A stretch of 63,724 nucleotides of DNA, filler included, from Conidiobolus incongruus B7586 (GCA_000697335.1; 21 parts of 21 records of this genome joined end to end with filler, not necessarily neighbours in it); one strand, 5' to 3'; counted from the whole stretch's first letter, positions 25,912 through 38,815 are shown. Program-made: numbers and translations. The notes: generated from the letters alone by a model not told the origin.

Positions 25912-28660
25912 ATGCTGGTGGAGGTCATCCCGAACCCGGAATCTAATCTTCAAAGGGGAGAAACCCCTCCAGAGGTACCTGTACCACAAACAACCTCGTT
26001 TACAAATTTTCTCTGCAGTGATGATGCCCTAGTCCCCTGATCCCAAGGATCCAATGCCTTAATCATCAACGCTAGTAGAACCAACTTGATGGATAATAGA
26101 AAACCAATCCCTAGATACCCCATCATTACCCTCACCCCCAAACAATTAGCTGGGGAAGCCTTCAAGTGTTATAAACAGTTTGGAGCCACCTCACTAGACA
26201 CCTGCTCAGCCAATAAGTATATCAAAATCTCTTTCCCAACCCAGGAAGAAAGAGACATTGCCCTTGATACCAATTTCTCTTGCCAAGGTAACTCCTTCAA
26301 ACCTATCAAAGCTTATATGGAGGACAAAGCCATTAGAAAAGTCAAAATCACTAGATTACCCAACAATGCTGACACTGGAGTGGGTACAAGCATGGAACAA
26401 GTCTTAAAACCAGAAATGGAAAAACTGGGGATAGTACTCTCTATTAAACATTTACCCTTCGGACCAGCAGCCCCAGAAGCATATTTACACATCATCATTG
26501 CAATTATAATCTTAAAGAAGGAATACACAGAGGGCACCAAAGAGTTCCCAAGACAAGCTACCATTGGAAACAAACTGGTAAAAATTGATCCAGACAACTC
26601 TAACCCTAAATGTGCCATATATCAATATGTAAGTTATGCCACCAAATATTACCCCAAAAATAAAACTTTCCCCCCAATAATATATACCCCCACCAATACT
26701 TTAATGCTACTATTGCCTAAAACTTTCAAGCATTCTGTCTCAAAAGATTTAAAGACAGAAATATTATAAACCACTATTAATATATCTATTATAATAAAGT
26801 AAACACATTAACTATTGTTCCCAATGGATTTAATATTCTAAAAAAGACTATCATACTTATTATAATTTTAGCCAAAAGCCAAATAGGCACTATCCACCAT
26901 AATAAATATATATCCTTAAGTAACTTAGAAACTAACTATTACAAAGACTTTACTCAATTATATAACACCAACTTTCCACCCATTAATATCTTAAATAACA
27001 TCTTTGCAGATATCCCCAATAATTTCACTATAACCTCTCTAAGTATCACTTTTTTCACTAAAAATATACTATCTAAAAAATACCCCAATCCTTATTATAA
27101 ACCCATTAAAACTTTAATAATCAGCTCCTCACCCATTACCTCACAAACCAACAACTAAGTACAACCTATAAATATTAAACCCAATAACATTATAATCTAA
27201 TCTGAACCTAAAACAAAATAATTAGATAATAGCATATATATAAACAAACCTAATAATATCCCAAATTTCCCCCAAAAATTTTAAAACTCCCCTTTGTTAC
27301 TCCTTATTATAATCCCTAACTTCTTAAAAAATCCTACCTATATTAACATGTTAAATACCATAAATATATCTTTATCTTCTTTTTTATTATCCTTAGAAGA
27401 ACTTTTTAGGAAAATATACAATCCTCCTTAGATATTTAACCTAAGCTTAGAAAACACCAATTATAAAGAACCACCCTTTTGAAATCTAACAAAAAAGGAC
27501 ATATCTCTGAAAAACAATATTTATACTATATATTAATATCCTAATATAATAGATATTAACTATTCTAGCTTAATATTAAATTATCAAAATATCTAATAAT
27601 CACCTTAAATCAAACCCTAGTCATTAAATTAAATATTTAATTAATAAATATCATCATAATATTGATCAATTATAAAAGTTTAGCTAAAGATAACCAGAAC
27701 TTTAAACTCTATTATTAATTTTTTATCTTAACCCTTTTACCTAATATAATAGATTTATAAAAATTAACTAACCCCAATAATCAATAATTTTAGATCAAAT
27801 TGGTCTATATTTTATAATATAATGTGGAAGAACTAGATGACTTATCAAAACAAATAAATTTTCTACTCTATCCTATTTTATTTTAGATAAGGAAAGAAAA
27901 ATTCCAAAATATAAATTTTATATAGCTGAACCATAATTGTCTTAACAAATATATACCTATCTTTGTCATCAAATAAAAAATACACCAAATGAAAAATCTA
28001 CTCAATATAATTTTAAAAGAATTAAATATTATTCTCATTAATTTTAATTTAATCTTATGACCCCACTTAAATAAATCCATATTAAAATTCTATACTGACT
28101 TAATATCAAAAACTAAAAAAATAAATAAATCTAAATAATTAAAAAAATTTTATTTGACATACTATCTTAGGGTAGTATAAAAAGATTTACTAGACCCAAT
28201 ACTAAAATAGGTATTATATTATTTATAGATAAAATTCTAATTAATAACAACAGGTTTAACTATATAAATATAGTGTTAATTATAACTAATGATTTCTTAA
28301 ACCATAAAATTATAATTTGTAGAATTTATATCCCTATAACCACCTCCCCCTAAATCAAACAAGTTAAAATCTTCCTTATTATTATTAATAAACCTGAATA
28401 ACTTAAAATAGCTAACTAATTGGTTAAAGAATATATTAAAGGAAATATCTTTATAATTAATTTTAAAAACCAAATAGTTAAAGAATCTATAAAATTTGAA
28501 TTAAATAAAAAAAATCTATTGCAAAAATGAATAAAACCATCTATTTAATTAATCACTTAATATTACACCTTTTTTCTTTATACTCTATATAATAAAATAA
28601 AAGCTATTATAATATGGTTAAAAGATTAAATAACTTAATTTAAAAAAATAAAGATTAATA
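25912..28660 (+). mobile_element. Non-LTR retrotransposon (LINE), 5' part: gag-like ORF1 plus APE endonuclease of ORF2, inactivated
   Basis: ORF1 from ATG 25912 is broken by in-frame TGA at 26038 and continues as ORF 26086-26769, with a decayed CCHC knuckle at 26611-26652. Decayed APE motifs: NYKSL (NCRGL, 27668), PNIIDL*KL (PDIIGLQE, 27740) and FLNHK (FSDHK, 28294). Confidence 0.85.
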
Positions 28661-28908
28661 TATTAATTTACAAAAATAAATCATGGAATCAAAAATATAT
28701 ATATTTTAATTAATAATTAAAACAATTATATATATTAAATTATCTAAAACTATAATATATAATTAAAGTATATTATTTGATAATAAATAAATATATTTAA
28801 ATATATTTAGTAAATTATTAGTGAAAATATTAACCTTTAATATTTAATTAAAGTAAGTTATAAATTTATAAGTTTTTATGATAAAAGGATATATTTAATA
28901 ATATATAA
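28661..28908 (+). mobile_element. Tc1 family A left terminal repeat inserted in LINE ORF2
   Basis: TA followed by TATTAATTTACAAAAATAAATCATGGAATCAAAA, closely matching 6454-6695. Confidence 0.8.
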
Positions 28909-29015
28909 NNNNNNNNNNNNNNNNNNNNNNNNNNNNNNNNNNNNNNNNNNNNTTAATTAATTAANNNNNNNNNNNNNNNNNNNNNNNNNNNNNNNNNNNN
29001 NNNNNNNNATTTATA

Positions 29016-30576
29016 TATTAACCTGTAAAAATGAGTTATAAAATCAAAATTACTTATATATTAACCTTTATTTTAAATATTTTTTTATTAAATAAATTTA
29101 AATAAAAGTATATAATTTATCTATATTAGTTAATTATAAATAATTATATTTGATTATATTTTATAAACTATTGGTTATTATATTAAAATCTAAAATTTAA
29201 CCAAGGTGAGTCATAAATTTATGGGTATATAAGTTAAAGGGGTATAAATAAGAAAACTTATATATATATTTTTCTTTTATTACATTATATATATTTTAAA
29301 AATATTAAGCTATTATTTACAATTAATATTATAATACTTAAATCTCTTTCTAAAAAAGTTCATTTACATAATAATCAACTTTATAATGAAAATAAATCAA
29401 CCTGTGAGATTATTAGAATTACTAATGCTAGTTAATTTATTATAATTAGGGTTATTAAGAATAATGTTAAAAAAACACCTAAACCAAAACTTAAGCATAC
29501 TAAGATTTTAGATAAGAATGATAAAAAATATATTTATAGAATAGTTATTATAGATAAGTGTAATATTACTATAGGAATATAATAGGAATTATAAGACTAT
29601 ATAAGAAAATTAATTAATACTGATACTATTATATATGTTTTATATTAGATTAGATATCACTTATATGTTAAGAAAAAACACTCCCAACTAAAATAGTCCC
29701 ATTATAAAGCTAAGCAAGAATTTGAATATCAATATTAAATTTGAATTAAAATTAACTAGAATAAGATTGTTTAGTCTGATAAAACAAAGATATATCTTAA
29801 TAGATTTAATAAAAAAAATATTTCAAAAAAGATAAAAAACTATTTTATAAAAAATATATTATTATAACCTTAAAATACAATAATAAGTCAATTATAGTTT
29901 AGGGATATAAGTTATCTTTAAGTGTAAGATATCTTTATAAGATTGATGGGGGAATTAATTCTAAGATATATCAAAATATTTTAAATAATAATTTGAAAAA
30001 AATTATTAAATAATATAGATTAAATGAATTAAATATTATTTTCCAACAAAATAATGCCCTTTGCTATCTTATAAATTCTTTTATTAAATAGCTTAAAAAT
30101 AACAAAATAATTATTATAAAATAGTATCTTTAATCTCTTAATATTTACCCAATTGAATATCTTTGGGATTAATTAAAAAAATCAATTAAAGCTTTCCCCC
30201 TAGTAAATAATTTAGATTAACTTCAGGAATATATTCAAAAAGCTTGGAATAATATTAATCCTGCCTAATATAAAAAGCTAGTTGACTTTATGCCCTATAA
30301 ACTTAAAAAAGTTAGAAAAACAAAAGATGGATATATTAGATATTAATTTTTCTATCAATACTAAAACCAACAAATTTATGACTTATTTTAATTATACTTG
30401 TAGTTTTAATATATTTATTAATAATTAATTAAATTTAACTTTATATATTATATTATAAATATAAAATATATATTAATTACATAATATAATATATATTTAT
30501 TTAAATTAGAATTAATTAAGATAATAATGAAATTATTTATATTTTTAATTTTATAATTTATTTTTGCAAACTAGTA
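29016..30576 (+). mobile_element. Complete dead Tc1-like (DD34E) transposon with long IR/DR ends, family A reference copy
   Basis: 1561 bp with TA on both flanks. Decayed motifs: KIV*SDKTKI (29763; WSDETKI), FQQNNALCY (30041; FQQDNAPCH), *YL*SLNIYPIEYLW (30122; WPxQSPDLNPIEHLW) and KDGYIRY* (ends 30346). D at 30050 to E at 30155 gives 34 intervening codons. Confidence 0.93.
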
Positions 30577-30589
30577 TATTTATATATCT

Positions 30590-30984
30590 AACTAAAGGTT
30601 TTTTTTATAATTTTGATATTAAAATTTATAAATAAATATTATCTTATTTAAATTATATAATAATTATTAAAAGGCTCTTATATTTATATTTTTTAAAACC
30701 TAACCATAATTCCTAAAATATCATCCAAAATTTGCAAATAACTGATAAAGATAATAATTATTTGAAAACTAACATATGTATCTAAATTATTGATTAAAAA
30801 TTAAAAGAGATATTAATTAAAATTTATCAAAATTTTAAAATTATTATCTATTGTTATGTTATCAATTATGAATAAATTAATAAAATATATTAATATATAT
30901 TTTTTTATATTAATTAAAGATATATCAAAAAAATTTAATATTATTTATATAAATTATATACTTTTAAATTTAAATTAATTAATA
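30590..30984 (+). mobile_element. Mariner fragment, family B, abutting the Tc1 right end
   Basis: AAAACCTAACCATAATTCCTAAAATATCATCCAAAATTTGCAAATA matches 10068-10112. Confidence 0.6.
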
Positions 30985-31084
30985 NNNNNNNNNNNNNNNN
31001 NNNNNNNNNNNNNNNNNNNNNNNNNNNNTTAATTAATTAANNNNNNNNNNNNNNNNNNNNNNNNNNNNNNNNNNNNNNNNNNNN

Positions 31085-32460
31085 ATATATTTACTTATAT
31101 TGTTAATAGCTCTTAATTAAATAAATTTAAATTAAAATATAAAATTTATTTATTTTAGTTGATTATAACTAACTATATTTGATTATATTTCATTAATTAT
31201 TGGTTAATATATCAAAACCTAAAATTTAACCAAGATGAGTTATAAATTTGTGAGTTTATAAGTTAAGAGGAAATAATCAATACAATTTATATATATCTTC
31301 TTTTTCTTTTGTTAAATTATATATATAAATAAATTATTAATCTAATAACTTAAAAATAATATTATAATGCTTAAATATCACTCTAAATAAGATTATTTAT
31401 ATATAAATCAACTTTATAATAAAATTAAATTAACATATGAGGTTGCTAGAGTTATTAATATTATCTAATCTATTAGAGTTAGGTTTATTAAAAATAATAT
31501 TAAAAAACTCTTTTATTCAAACGTTAGCATATTAAGATTATAGATAAATATGATGAAAAATATATTTATAGACTAGTTAATACAGGTGAATATAATATTA
31601 TTATAAAAATAAATTAAGAATTATAAAAGTTTATAAAAATATTAATTAATAATAATTTTAATATATATCATTTATATTAGAATAAATACCATTTATATCT
31701 TAAAAGACACCTTTAATTAAAAAAGTCTTATTATAAAGTTAAATAAGAGTTTAAATGTCAATACTAAAGTTAAACTAAAACTAACTAAAATAAAGTTATT
31801 TAACTTAATAAAACAAAGATATATCTTAATAAATTTAATAAAAAAACTAGATTTTTCAAAAAAGATAAAGAATTATTTTATAATCATTATATTATTAAAA
31901 CTCAAAAATACATTAGTAGGTTAATTATAGTTTAAGGATATATATTATCTTTATATATAAGATATTTTTGTAGTGTTGATAAAAAATCAATATTGAGATA
32001 TATTAAAATATTATGAATAATAAATTCAAAAATTAATTAGAATTTTAGGTTAAATAATTCAAATATTATGTTTTAACAAGATAATACCTATTTCTATATT
32101 ACAAATTCTATTATTAAATATCTTAATAATAACAAAATAACTATTATAAAATAATTTCTTTAATCTCTTAATTTTAACCTAATCAAATATTTTTTAAATT
32201 AATTAAAATAATCAATTAAAACTTCCCTCTAGCAAAAAATTAAATCAACTTTAGGGGTATATTTAAGAAGCTTGGAATAATATTAATTTTGCTTAATATA
32301 AGAAGCTAATTGACTTTATACTTTATAAACTTAAAAATGTTAGAAAAACAAATAATGGATATACTAAATATTAATTTTTGTATTAATATTAGAACCCATA
32401 AATATATAATTTATCTTAAGTATACTTTTAATATTAATTTATTAAATTTTAATTTTTCAA
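31085..32460 (+). mobile_element. Degraded Tc1 copy, family A
   Basis: Colinear with 29050-30420, with inner repeat AACCAAGATGAGTTATAAATTTGTGAG at ~31228 and QDN retained (CAAGATAAT) at ~32077. Confidence 0.88.
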
Positions 32461-32937
32461 TAAAATAAGCTAATAATTTAATAATTTATAATTTATCAAA
32501 ATATATAAAATAAANNNNNNNNNNNNNNNNNNNNNNNNNNNNNNNNNNNNNNNNNNNNTTAATTAATTAANNNNNNNNNNNNNNNNNNNNNNNNNNNNNN
32601 NNNNNNNNNNNNNNTTAAATATATTAAAATTAAACTTTATATCATTTAATATAAATATATTAAAAAATAATTATAAATTATAATATATAATTTGAAAGTT
32701 CTAACCCTGTTTTATTATATATATTATCCTTTAAGGCTAATATTGGGTTTAAAATAATAGAAAAAAATTTCCCATTTTTTTTCAAGTTAATATTATCAAT
32801 CAATCAATTAAAATAATTTTAATAAATTAATTATTTTGATATTAAATGACAAATATAATATTGATAATTAAATAAATGAAAATATAAACAAAAAAAAGTT
32901 AATTAAATCTAAGTATCTAATAATAAACTGATTTAAG

Positions 32938-34196
32938 TATAATTTTAAATTTGAAGTAATAGGAAGTTTTTTAATTTCTAATTTTGAATATATATATATA
33001 TATATATAAGTATATATATAATAGTTTCTTTGATTAAAAAATTAACTTTTTAAAATTGGTAGTTTAATTTAATCAAGTTTATACCAAATAATAATCATCA
33101 AAAGTCTTTTATTTTAGTATTAGTAAAATTTAACCATAAGTCCTCTAAAATCATTTAAAATTTACAAGCTTTTTTTAATAATGAAGCATTATCTAAATTA
33201 ACAATTTATTGCTAGGTAAATTAGTTTAAAGCTAAAAAAGAAATTATTTAAAACCTACCAAAATCTAAAAGATTAATTTTAACTATTATTCTTTTAATTA
33301 TTAATAAAATGAAAAAATATATTCAAAAACATCTTTTGATTTCAAATAAAGAACTATCTAGGCACTTTAATATTAATATTACAAGTATTATATATATATA
33401 TTTAAGTTTAAACTCAAATTAATAAATAAAAATATAAAATAAATATCTTATAATTTAACTAAATCATAAAAAAAACCAGAGTAATTATTATTAAACAAAA
33501 CTTACTAAAATATTACTAGAAGCTTAAACTTTTATAACAAATAATTACAATTGATGAATCTTAAATCTTTATATAAAATCCTTTATTAAAACACAAATTA
33601 AAATGTTAGATTAAGTTTAATCAACCCTATTTACAAATCCCTTTAAATAAGCATTTTGTTAATAAGTGAATGTTATTTATTATAATAAATTATAATATTA
33701 TATGCTATTCTTATTTAGTTTCTGAAAAGAATATAAATTAATAATAAACTTTATATTGCTTTTTTAAATAAAATTATTTTTAATTGATATTTATAATATA
33801 ATTTGAGAAGACTTATAATTATATAATAATTATAAAATATATAAAACTAAAGTTATAAAAAACTTTCAAATCAAAAATCACCAGAATAAACTACCATATC
33901 TAGTATATTCTTAAGAATATAACTTATATGATAATAATTGTATTTGGTAATTAAAAAACCAGCTTATAAGAAAAATATTTTCAATAAAAAAATTTAATTA
34001 GTTTATTAAATATTAAATTTCAATTTTTAATCAAAAGATTTTTTTTTAGATTTTGAAACTTAATTAAAAATATATTAAGAAGTTATTAGAAATAAAAAAA
34101 ATTCATTATATATTATATTTTTTTATATTCTATATATTAAAATATTTATTTATTTCAATTATAAAAATCTCCTATTATTTAAATTACAAAATAATA
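32938..34196 (+). mobile_element. Complete dead mariner (DD34D) element, family B reference copy
   Basis: About 1.26 kb with imperfect ~34-bp TIRs (32938-32971 vs 34163-34196) and ITIDES at ~33544. Decayed D at 33825 to D at 33930 gives 34 intervening codons. Confidence 0.88.
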
Positions 34197-36411
34197 TTAA
34201 TNNNNNNNNNNNNNNNNNNNNNNNNNNNNNNNNNNNNNNNNNNNNTTAATTAATTAANNNNNNNNNNNNNNNNNNNNNNNNNNNNNNNNNNNNNNNNNNN
34301 NATAATTTATTAAATAATTTACTAAAGATTATTTTTATTTAAAAAATTTAAGAATTAATTAAATTAAACTAACAACTTAATTTAAATAAGCTAGTTTTAT
34401 CAATTAATGGCTGAATTTTTACCAAATATTTGATTATTTCATTAATTAAATTATTTTAATATAATTTGATTAGTTAATATAAATTAATCTAGAATTATAA
34501 CTATGATACCATCACCATCATATAATATTTTATATTTTGCTTTATATTTTCTTTTTTCGAATTTAGCCATTAATTTATTATTAAATATAATAATATGGAT
34601 ATTTAGAATATAAGATAACTTTGTTTCAAATATTGATTAAAAATTTATAATAATTATTTAATTAAATTATTCAATATCAGATATCAATATATTATATTTA
34701 ATTAAGCTCAGGTTATCAAACTAATAAAATTTAAATAAAATTAGGATCAGTACTAATTTATAGAGTAAAAATTTCAAATCTATATCCATAAATAACTGAA
34801 AAAAAACTATTATATATTTAAAATAAATTAAAAATGATAGAATTGAATTAAGTCTTAAGATTTAATACCTTCAAAATAATTCTTTCTATTGTTATGTAAT
34901 TGAGAATTATTTATAATATTTATAAATATTAAAGATTATAAAAGTTAAAAAGGTTGAAATTATTATAGAAAATCTAAACATATTTATATTTATCTGGTTG
35001 AAATAAGTAAGTTTTATTCTGTCCATTCTGATACCTATTATTAGTCCATTATTGAACAGTAATTTGAAGTGAAATTTCCATTATTTAATATTTAATATTT
35101 GTTATATTTTAAATAATTGGAAATTTTTGTAATTTAAAAAAAAAATAAATATATTAATTTATAATATATATATATAATATATAATATAACATTATTACTC
35201 TCTTTTATAATTAGTAATTATTTGCTTAACTTTCAATATACTTTTAATAATTTAAATATATCTTTTTTTATCAAGAATTATAATTTAAAGTTTATTATTA
35301 ATTAATTTCATTTTAAAGGGTAAATAAAAATAAAAATAATATATATAAATATAAATTATGAAAAATATAAATAATTACTAATTATTAAAATAATTATATA
35401 GAAAGATTTATAGAAAAGATTAAGTTAAATTAATCTAGCCTTTTGAATTATATTTTAATATAAGATTTTATAAAAAAATTTAAAATTTATTAATTATAGT
35501 AATTTATTATAAAAGCCTTAGATTTTTTTATACTTTGATAAGATTAATTTAGAAATAACTACTTTAGTTTTTTTAACTTATAATTATATTATAAAATACC
35601 NNNNNNNNNNNNNNNNNNNNNNNNNNNNNNNNNNNNNNNNNNNNTTAATTAATTAANNNNNNNNNNNNNNNNNNNNNNNNNNNNNNNNNNNNNNNNNNNN
35701 TATAATATTTAATATTAATTAATATTATAAATACTTTTATAATAATTTCATAATTTAAATTATTTGATATATTATATTTGAAATAAAAAAATTATATTTT
35801 TATAATAATTAATTAAAATTAAAAAAAATATATTTATGATTAATAATAATAATAATATATTTAATATTTAATTTTTTTAAAATAAATACTATTATTATAT
35901 AATATTTGTTATAAAACTCTATTGTTTATAGTTCCATAGGTTTCAGGATAGTGAAAAATTACATCTAAGTTATTATTATTGGAGGTCATTCTTTCAAATT
36001 AAAATAAGAGGTTGTGTTAGATTTAACTTGAATAAGGCAGTGCCAAAAAAATAATATTTAAGCTAGGAGAGGATCTTTATTATCAAAAAAACAATATATA
36101 TTTATATTGTGAAAAATGCAACTAAAATACTAGTTGCAGCTAATTAAAGCATTATCTATTAACAAGAACATGACTTCTCTTTCTGATACATATGTTCAAC
36201 AATATTTAAGCATAAGAATTATAATTATCCAAGCCTTGATTATATATTAAAAAATATTCTCAGAACTAAAGAAAATTTTGGAAAAAATATTGAAATAGAA
36301 TAATTATGATAAAAATATATTTAGTGCATTTGCCACCGAGAATAAATCAATTATAAAAATATACAAAATTTATTTCATATATGGTATTAATTTAATATTA
36401 AAAATTCATAA

Positions 36412-36708
36412 TTAAGAGTTGGCAGCTTTTTGAGCATCACCTTTTAATTGTTGGGCCTTGCCCTCAGCTTGCTGAGAGGTGTTTCCAGTGAGTGATCCAA
36501 CAGTATTCTTGACAGCACCAGCTACAGAGTCGTAAGCACCTTCAACCCATCCCTTGGTTTCAGCAGCCTTTTGTTCAGTGTGTCCTTCCTTATTCTGGAC
36601 ATTTCCTTTGGCTTCCATTTCATGATTACCAATGGCGTGACCTACGGTTTCCTTAACAGATCCCATAGCTTTGTTATAATTAGCGTTGGTTTTACTTGGT
36701 TCAGACAT
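36412..36708 (-). CDS. CsbD-like / Hmp1-like small hydrophilic stress protein
   Basis: 98 aa with two tandem CsbD-type repeats (GSVKETVGHAIGNHEMEAKG and GAVKNTVGSLTGNTSQQAEG). GC-rich island with TATATAAG at 36770-36777 on the minus strand. Confidence 0.9.
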   Translation of the reverse strand: MSEPSKTNANYNKAMGSVKETVGHAIGNHEMEAKGNVQNKEGHTEQKAAETKGWVEGAYDSVAGAVKNTVGSLTGNTSQQAEGKAQQLKGDAQKAANS

Positions 36709-37639
36709 GATTTAAACTTGATAATATTTAATTGAGAGTTGATGTTTATTAAAGTAGGTAATCTCGTCCCTTATATACATGATTAATAATCACATTAAAA
36801 TGCTTGTAATTATGCTGATGCTTTGAAATTGATTATTACCTCATCAAACGTAATTTTTAAACTTAACAAAATTGTATTATATTAATCTCACTTATTAAAG
36901 CTGAACACTCATAAATTAAATTGATGATGTAATTGTTTGATAATTGAATTCTTTGGGAATTTTAATCTTTTCCAAATTTCAATGATTTGAATAATGTGTG
37001 TATAGCATAAAATATCAAGTTTAAATTGTAATCAATGTTATGATTTTTAAATTTAATATTGGTAAAGTATTATATAATGGTTTCTGTATAATCATTATAA
37101 CTATCAATAGGTTAATTATATATCAAAATTTATTTTTGATATTAATTCAACTTAATTTTGTAATTTCTTAAATAATATCCGAAAATTGAAATTTAAATAT
37201 ATTATATGAATTCTTATATATTCCTATATTTAAGTTTTATTTAATATATTTAGAATGATATATGTATTAATTGATATTATAAATATTTTAATCTATATAT
37301 ATAGATTAAATAAAGTCACTTGAATTCCATTATTTTATAATTATTTAGAAAAATATAATTTTAATGAATATCAATATATAAGATATTAAGAATTTTTTTA
37401 AAGAAATATATTAATATATATAGTTTATATAATTAATTATATATTTATATTATTTCAATTATATTATAACCGTTTAATAAAAGATTATCTTATAAATAAT
37501 AAATATTTTATATTTNNNNNNNNNNNNNNNNNNNNNNNNNNNNNNNNNNNNNNNNNNNNTTAATTAATTAANNNNNNNNNNNNNNNNNNNNNNNNNNNNN
37601 NNNNNNNNNNNNNNNAATATTTTGATATATTTTAAAAAA

Positions 37640-38260
37640 AAAAGATTTATAAAAAAGTTTAAAATTTATTAATTATAAGTATTTATTATAAAAACCTTTA
37701 TTTTTAGTTATATTCAATAAATTTAATTTAGCTATAGCTATTTTAATTTTTTTTAATCTTTTATTAAATTATAAAACTTTTATTTTATATTTTTATTCAT
37801 TAAATTAAAGTTAAACTTAAGTATATATAATATGCTTATATAATTAATATTAAATTATTTTAATAATTCTTTAATTAAAATAAAAAGATGTTAATTAATA
37901 TATTTTTTTTACTTTATTAATAAGTAAAAAATTAATAATAGAAATTAATTTTTTATATTTTGGTAGATTTTAAATAATATTTTTTCTAGCTTAAAAATCA
38001 TAAATCTACTAATATATGGCAGTTTTAGATAAAATATCATTTTTATAAATTATTTATAAGTCTTTAATAGTTTTATTAGGTTTATAGTTATGTTTTAAAG
38101 ATATAAAAATAAAAGTGCTTTGATAATGACTATTTAATTTAAACATGATTAAATTTAATTATAAATTTTAAAATTAAAATATTTTAATAAAAAATAATTA
38201 TAATTGAATATATATAAATATAGTTTGAAAATATTTATTTTCCTATATATTTTATATATA
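37640..38260 (-). mobile_element. Degraded mariner fragment (left half), family B
   Basis: Colinear with 62730-63320. Confidence 0.7.
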
Positions 38261-38479
38261 AATAATCTTTCAAAAACTTATATTATATTTGAAAGATTAG
38301 AAATTAATATTTCATTTAAAGAAAGAATTTATAAAATTATTATATTTAGGAAAGTAAAATGAAATATTATAGAATTTATCAAAAAAATATCTTAAAAATT
38401 ATATAATTAATAATCCTTATATCTTGATTAATTATAATTCCTAAATATATTTGGTTTAAAGATGCTAAATATTCAGATA

Positions 38480-38815
38480 TTATGGTTCTACAGATCGCTA
38501 GTAGAACATTGTAAATACTGAAGGGAGCGGCTTGGTCGTAGCTCGTTTGATAGTTTTGGTTAAGGTGCTTTATTAGGGTTTGTTGAGGGTTGAATTGGCT
38601 TTATATAAGACTGGAGATGATAATTAAATGTAATCTGGCAATAGTTCTTTTACAGACCATTCATCAGTCGTATGCAGTGTAAAGAAGTGTAATAATAAGT
38701 CTTCAGAAAAATGAGACCTTGGAGTGGAGTGACGAGTATTCAGAGGCTATATCCCAAAAGGTAATTATTGCGAGATGAAGTTATTCGGGCGAGTTACTAC
38801 GTTAGTAACCATGAA
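38480..38815. ncRNA. Unidentified GC/CpG-retaining structured island, candidate ncRNA (or pseudogene)
   Basis: No clean ORF, perfect 7-bp hairpins at both ends and several CpGs. No recognisable Rfam motif by eye. Confidence 0.3.

Noticed and set aside
25950..28080. Minus-strand ORFs 25950-26165, 26313-26618 and 27883-28080
   Set aside because: Antisense shadows of the LINE.
38400..38812. Minus-strand frame from ATG 38812 whose stops are all TAA/TAG, suggesting Gln reassignment or CAA->TAA mutation
   Set aside because: Stop density is about what chance gives, CAC/CAT codons are retained, and real genes here end in TAA.
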